A stretch of 64,000 nt of DNA from NCBI GenBank assembly GCA_963675595.2, contig CAXXLZ010000002.1, positions 1,152,001 to 1,216,000 of the forward strand, written 5' to 3'. Made by a program: the position numbers and the translations under genes. Each line of letters starts with the position of its first letter. Position 1 is the first letter of the stretch. The DNA is from Thermodesulfobacteriota bacterium. Its GTDB lineage: Bacteria; Desulfobacterota; Desulfarculia; JACQYL01. The notes under the pieces are model-generated. The model was not told the origin of the DNA. It made no database searches and saw only the letters and a list, made by a program, of their open reading frames with translations. Shown here in pieces: positions 63,572 through 64,000 of this stretch.

Positions 63572-64000
63572 TCAACGGCGTTTTCTTCTCCGAAGGCCCA
63601 CCAGTCCCAACAAGCCGCTCCCCAACAACCACACCGCGGCAGGCACGGGCACCGGCGCCACGTCGGCAAAAGCGTCGATTTCGCCGCCGGAGAATCCGTC
63701 AACGCCTTCCACCTTCACATACTGAATCCACTCGAACCCCGATTCGGCCAGGTCAAGCCCAACGCCGCCCGCGGAGCCGTCATACAAAAGCATGGCCTCA
63801 TAAGACGTGCCGGCCGCGGCGAAATCCGCCGCCGTCAGGTCCGGATTCACCGGTTTGGCGTAATCGTTTTCCTGATCCGTCCAGCCGTTCCCCGTGGCGT
63901 CATAAAGGTCCGGGTCCCAAACCCAGGGATTGGTCGGGTAATAGTCGTCCCCATAGGGGCCGTCGACATAGGTGTACCAGTCGATGCCGTTCTGACTTAC
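63572..64000 (-). CDS. VPLPA/PEP-CTERM surface protein (5' end outside window), paralog of 61970-62839
   Basis: DLAESGFEWIQYVKVEG..DAFADVAPVPVPAAVWLLGSG. Confidence 0.9.
   Translation of the reverse strand, partial: VSQNGIDWYTYVDGPYGDDYYPTNPWVWDPDLYDATGNGWTDQENDYAKPVNPDLTAADFAAAGTSYEAMLLYDGSAGGVGLDLAESGFEWIQYVKVEGVDGFSGGEIDAFADVAPVPVPAAVWLLGSGLLGLVGLRRRKRR

Overview
GC-rich chromosomal window, probably from a Desulfobacterota (deltaproteobacterial) anaerobe; this is inferred from HdrA/MetF, rubrerythrin, DUF3786, sigma-54 circuitry and VPLPA-CTERM proteins. From left to right it contains: a sigma-54 operon (receiver-metF-hdrA); signalling genes (HD-GYP, PAS enhancer-binding protein, MCP, GGDEF-EAL, hybrid kinase); a cobalamin-riboswitch-controlled TonB receptor frameshifted in a G7 tract; an isolated CI-like repressor/Mu-gam module with no other phage genes; and a probable UGA-readthrough selenoprotein. 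It continues with a full-length group II intron inserted into a dispersed hairpin repeat, tRNA-Arg(TCT), and an IS-rich patch in which an IS4 splits a putative carboxylate-amine ligase gene upstream of psd and an IS1634 truncates a secreted-protein gene. It ends in a cluster of VPLPA-CTERM surface proteins. At least six dispersed REP/MITE families occur between genes. No CRISPR array or rRNA was seen. All family assignments come from motif recognition by eye, not from database searches.
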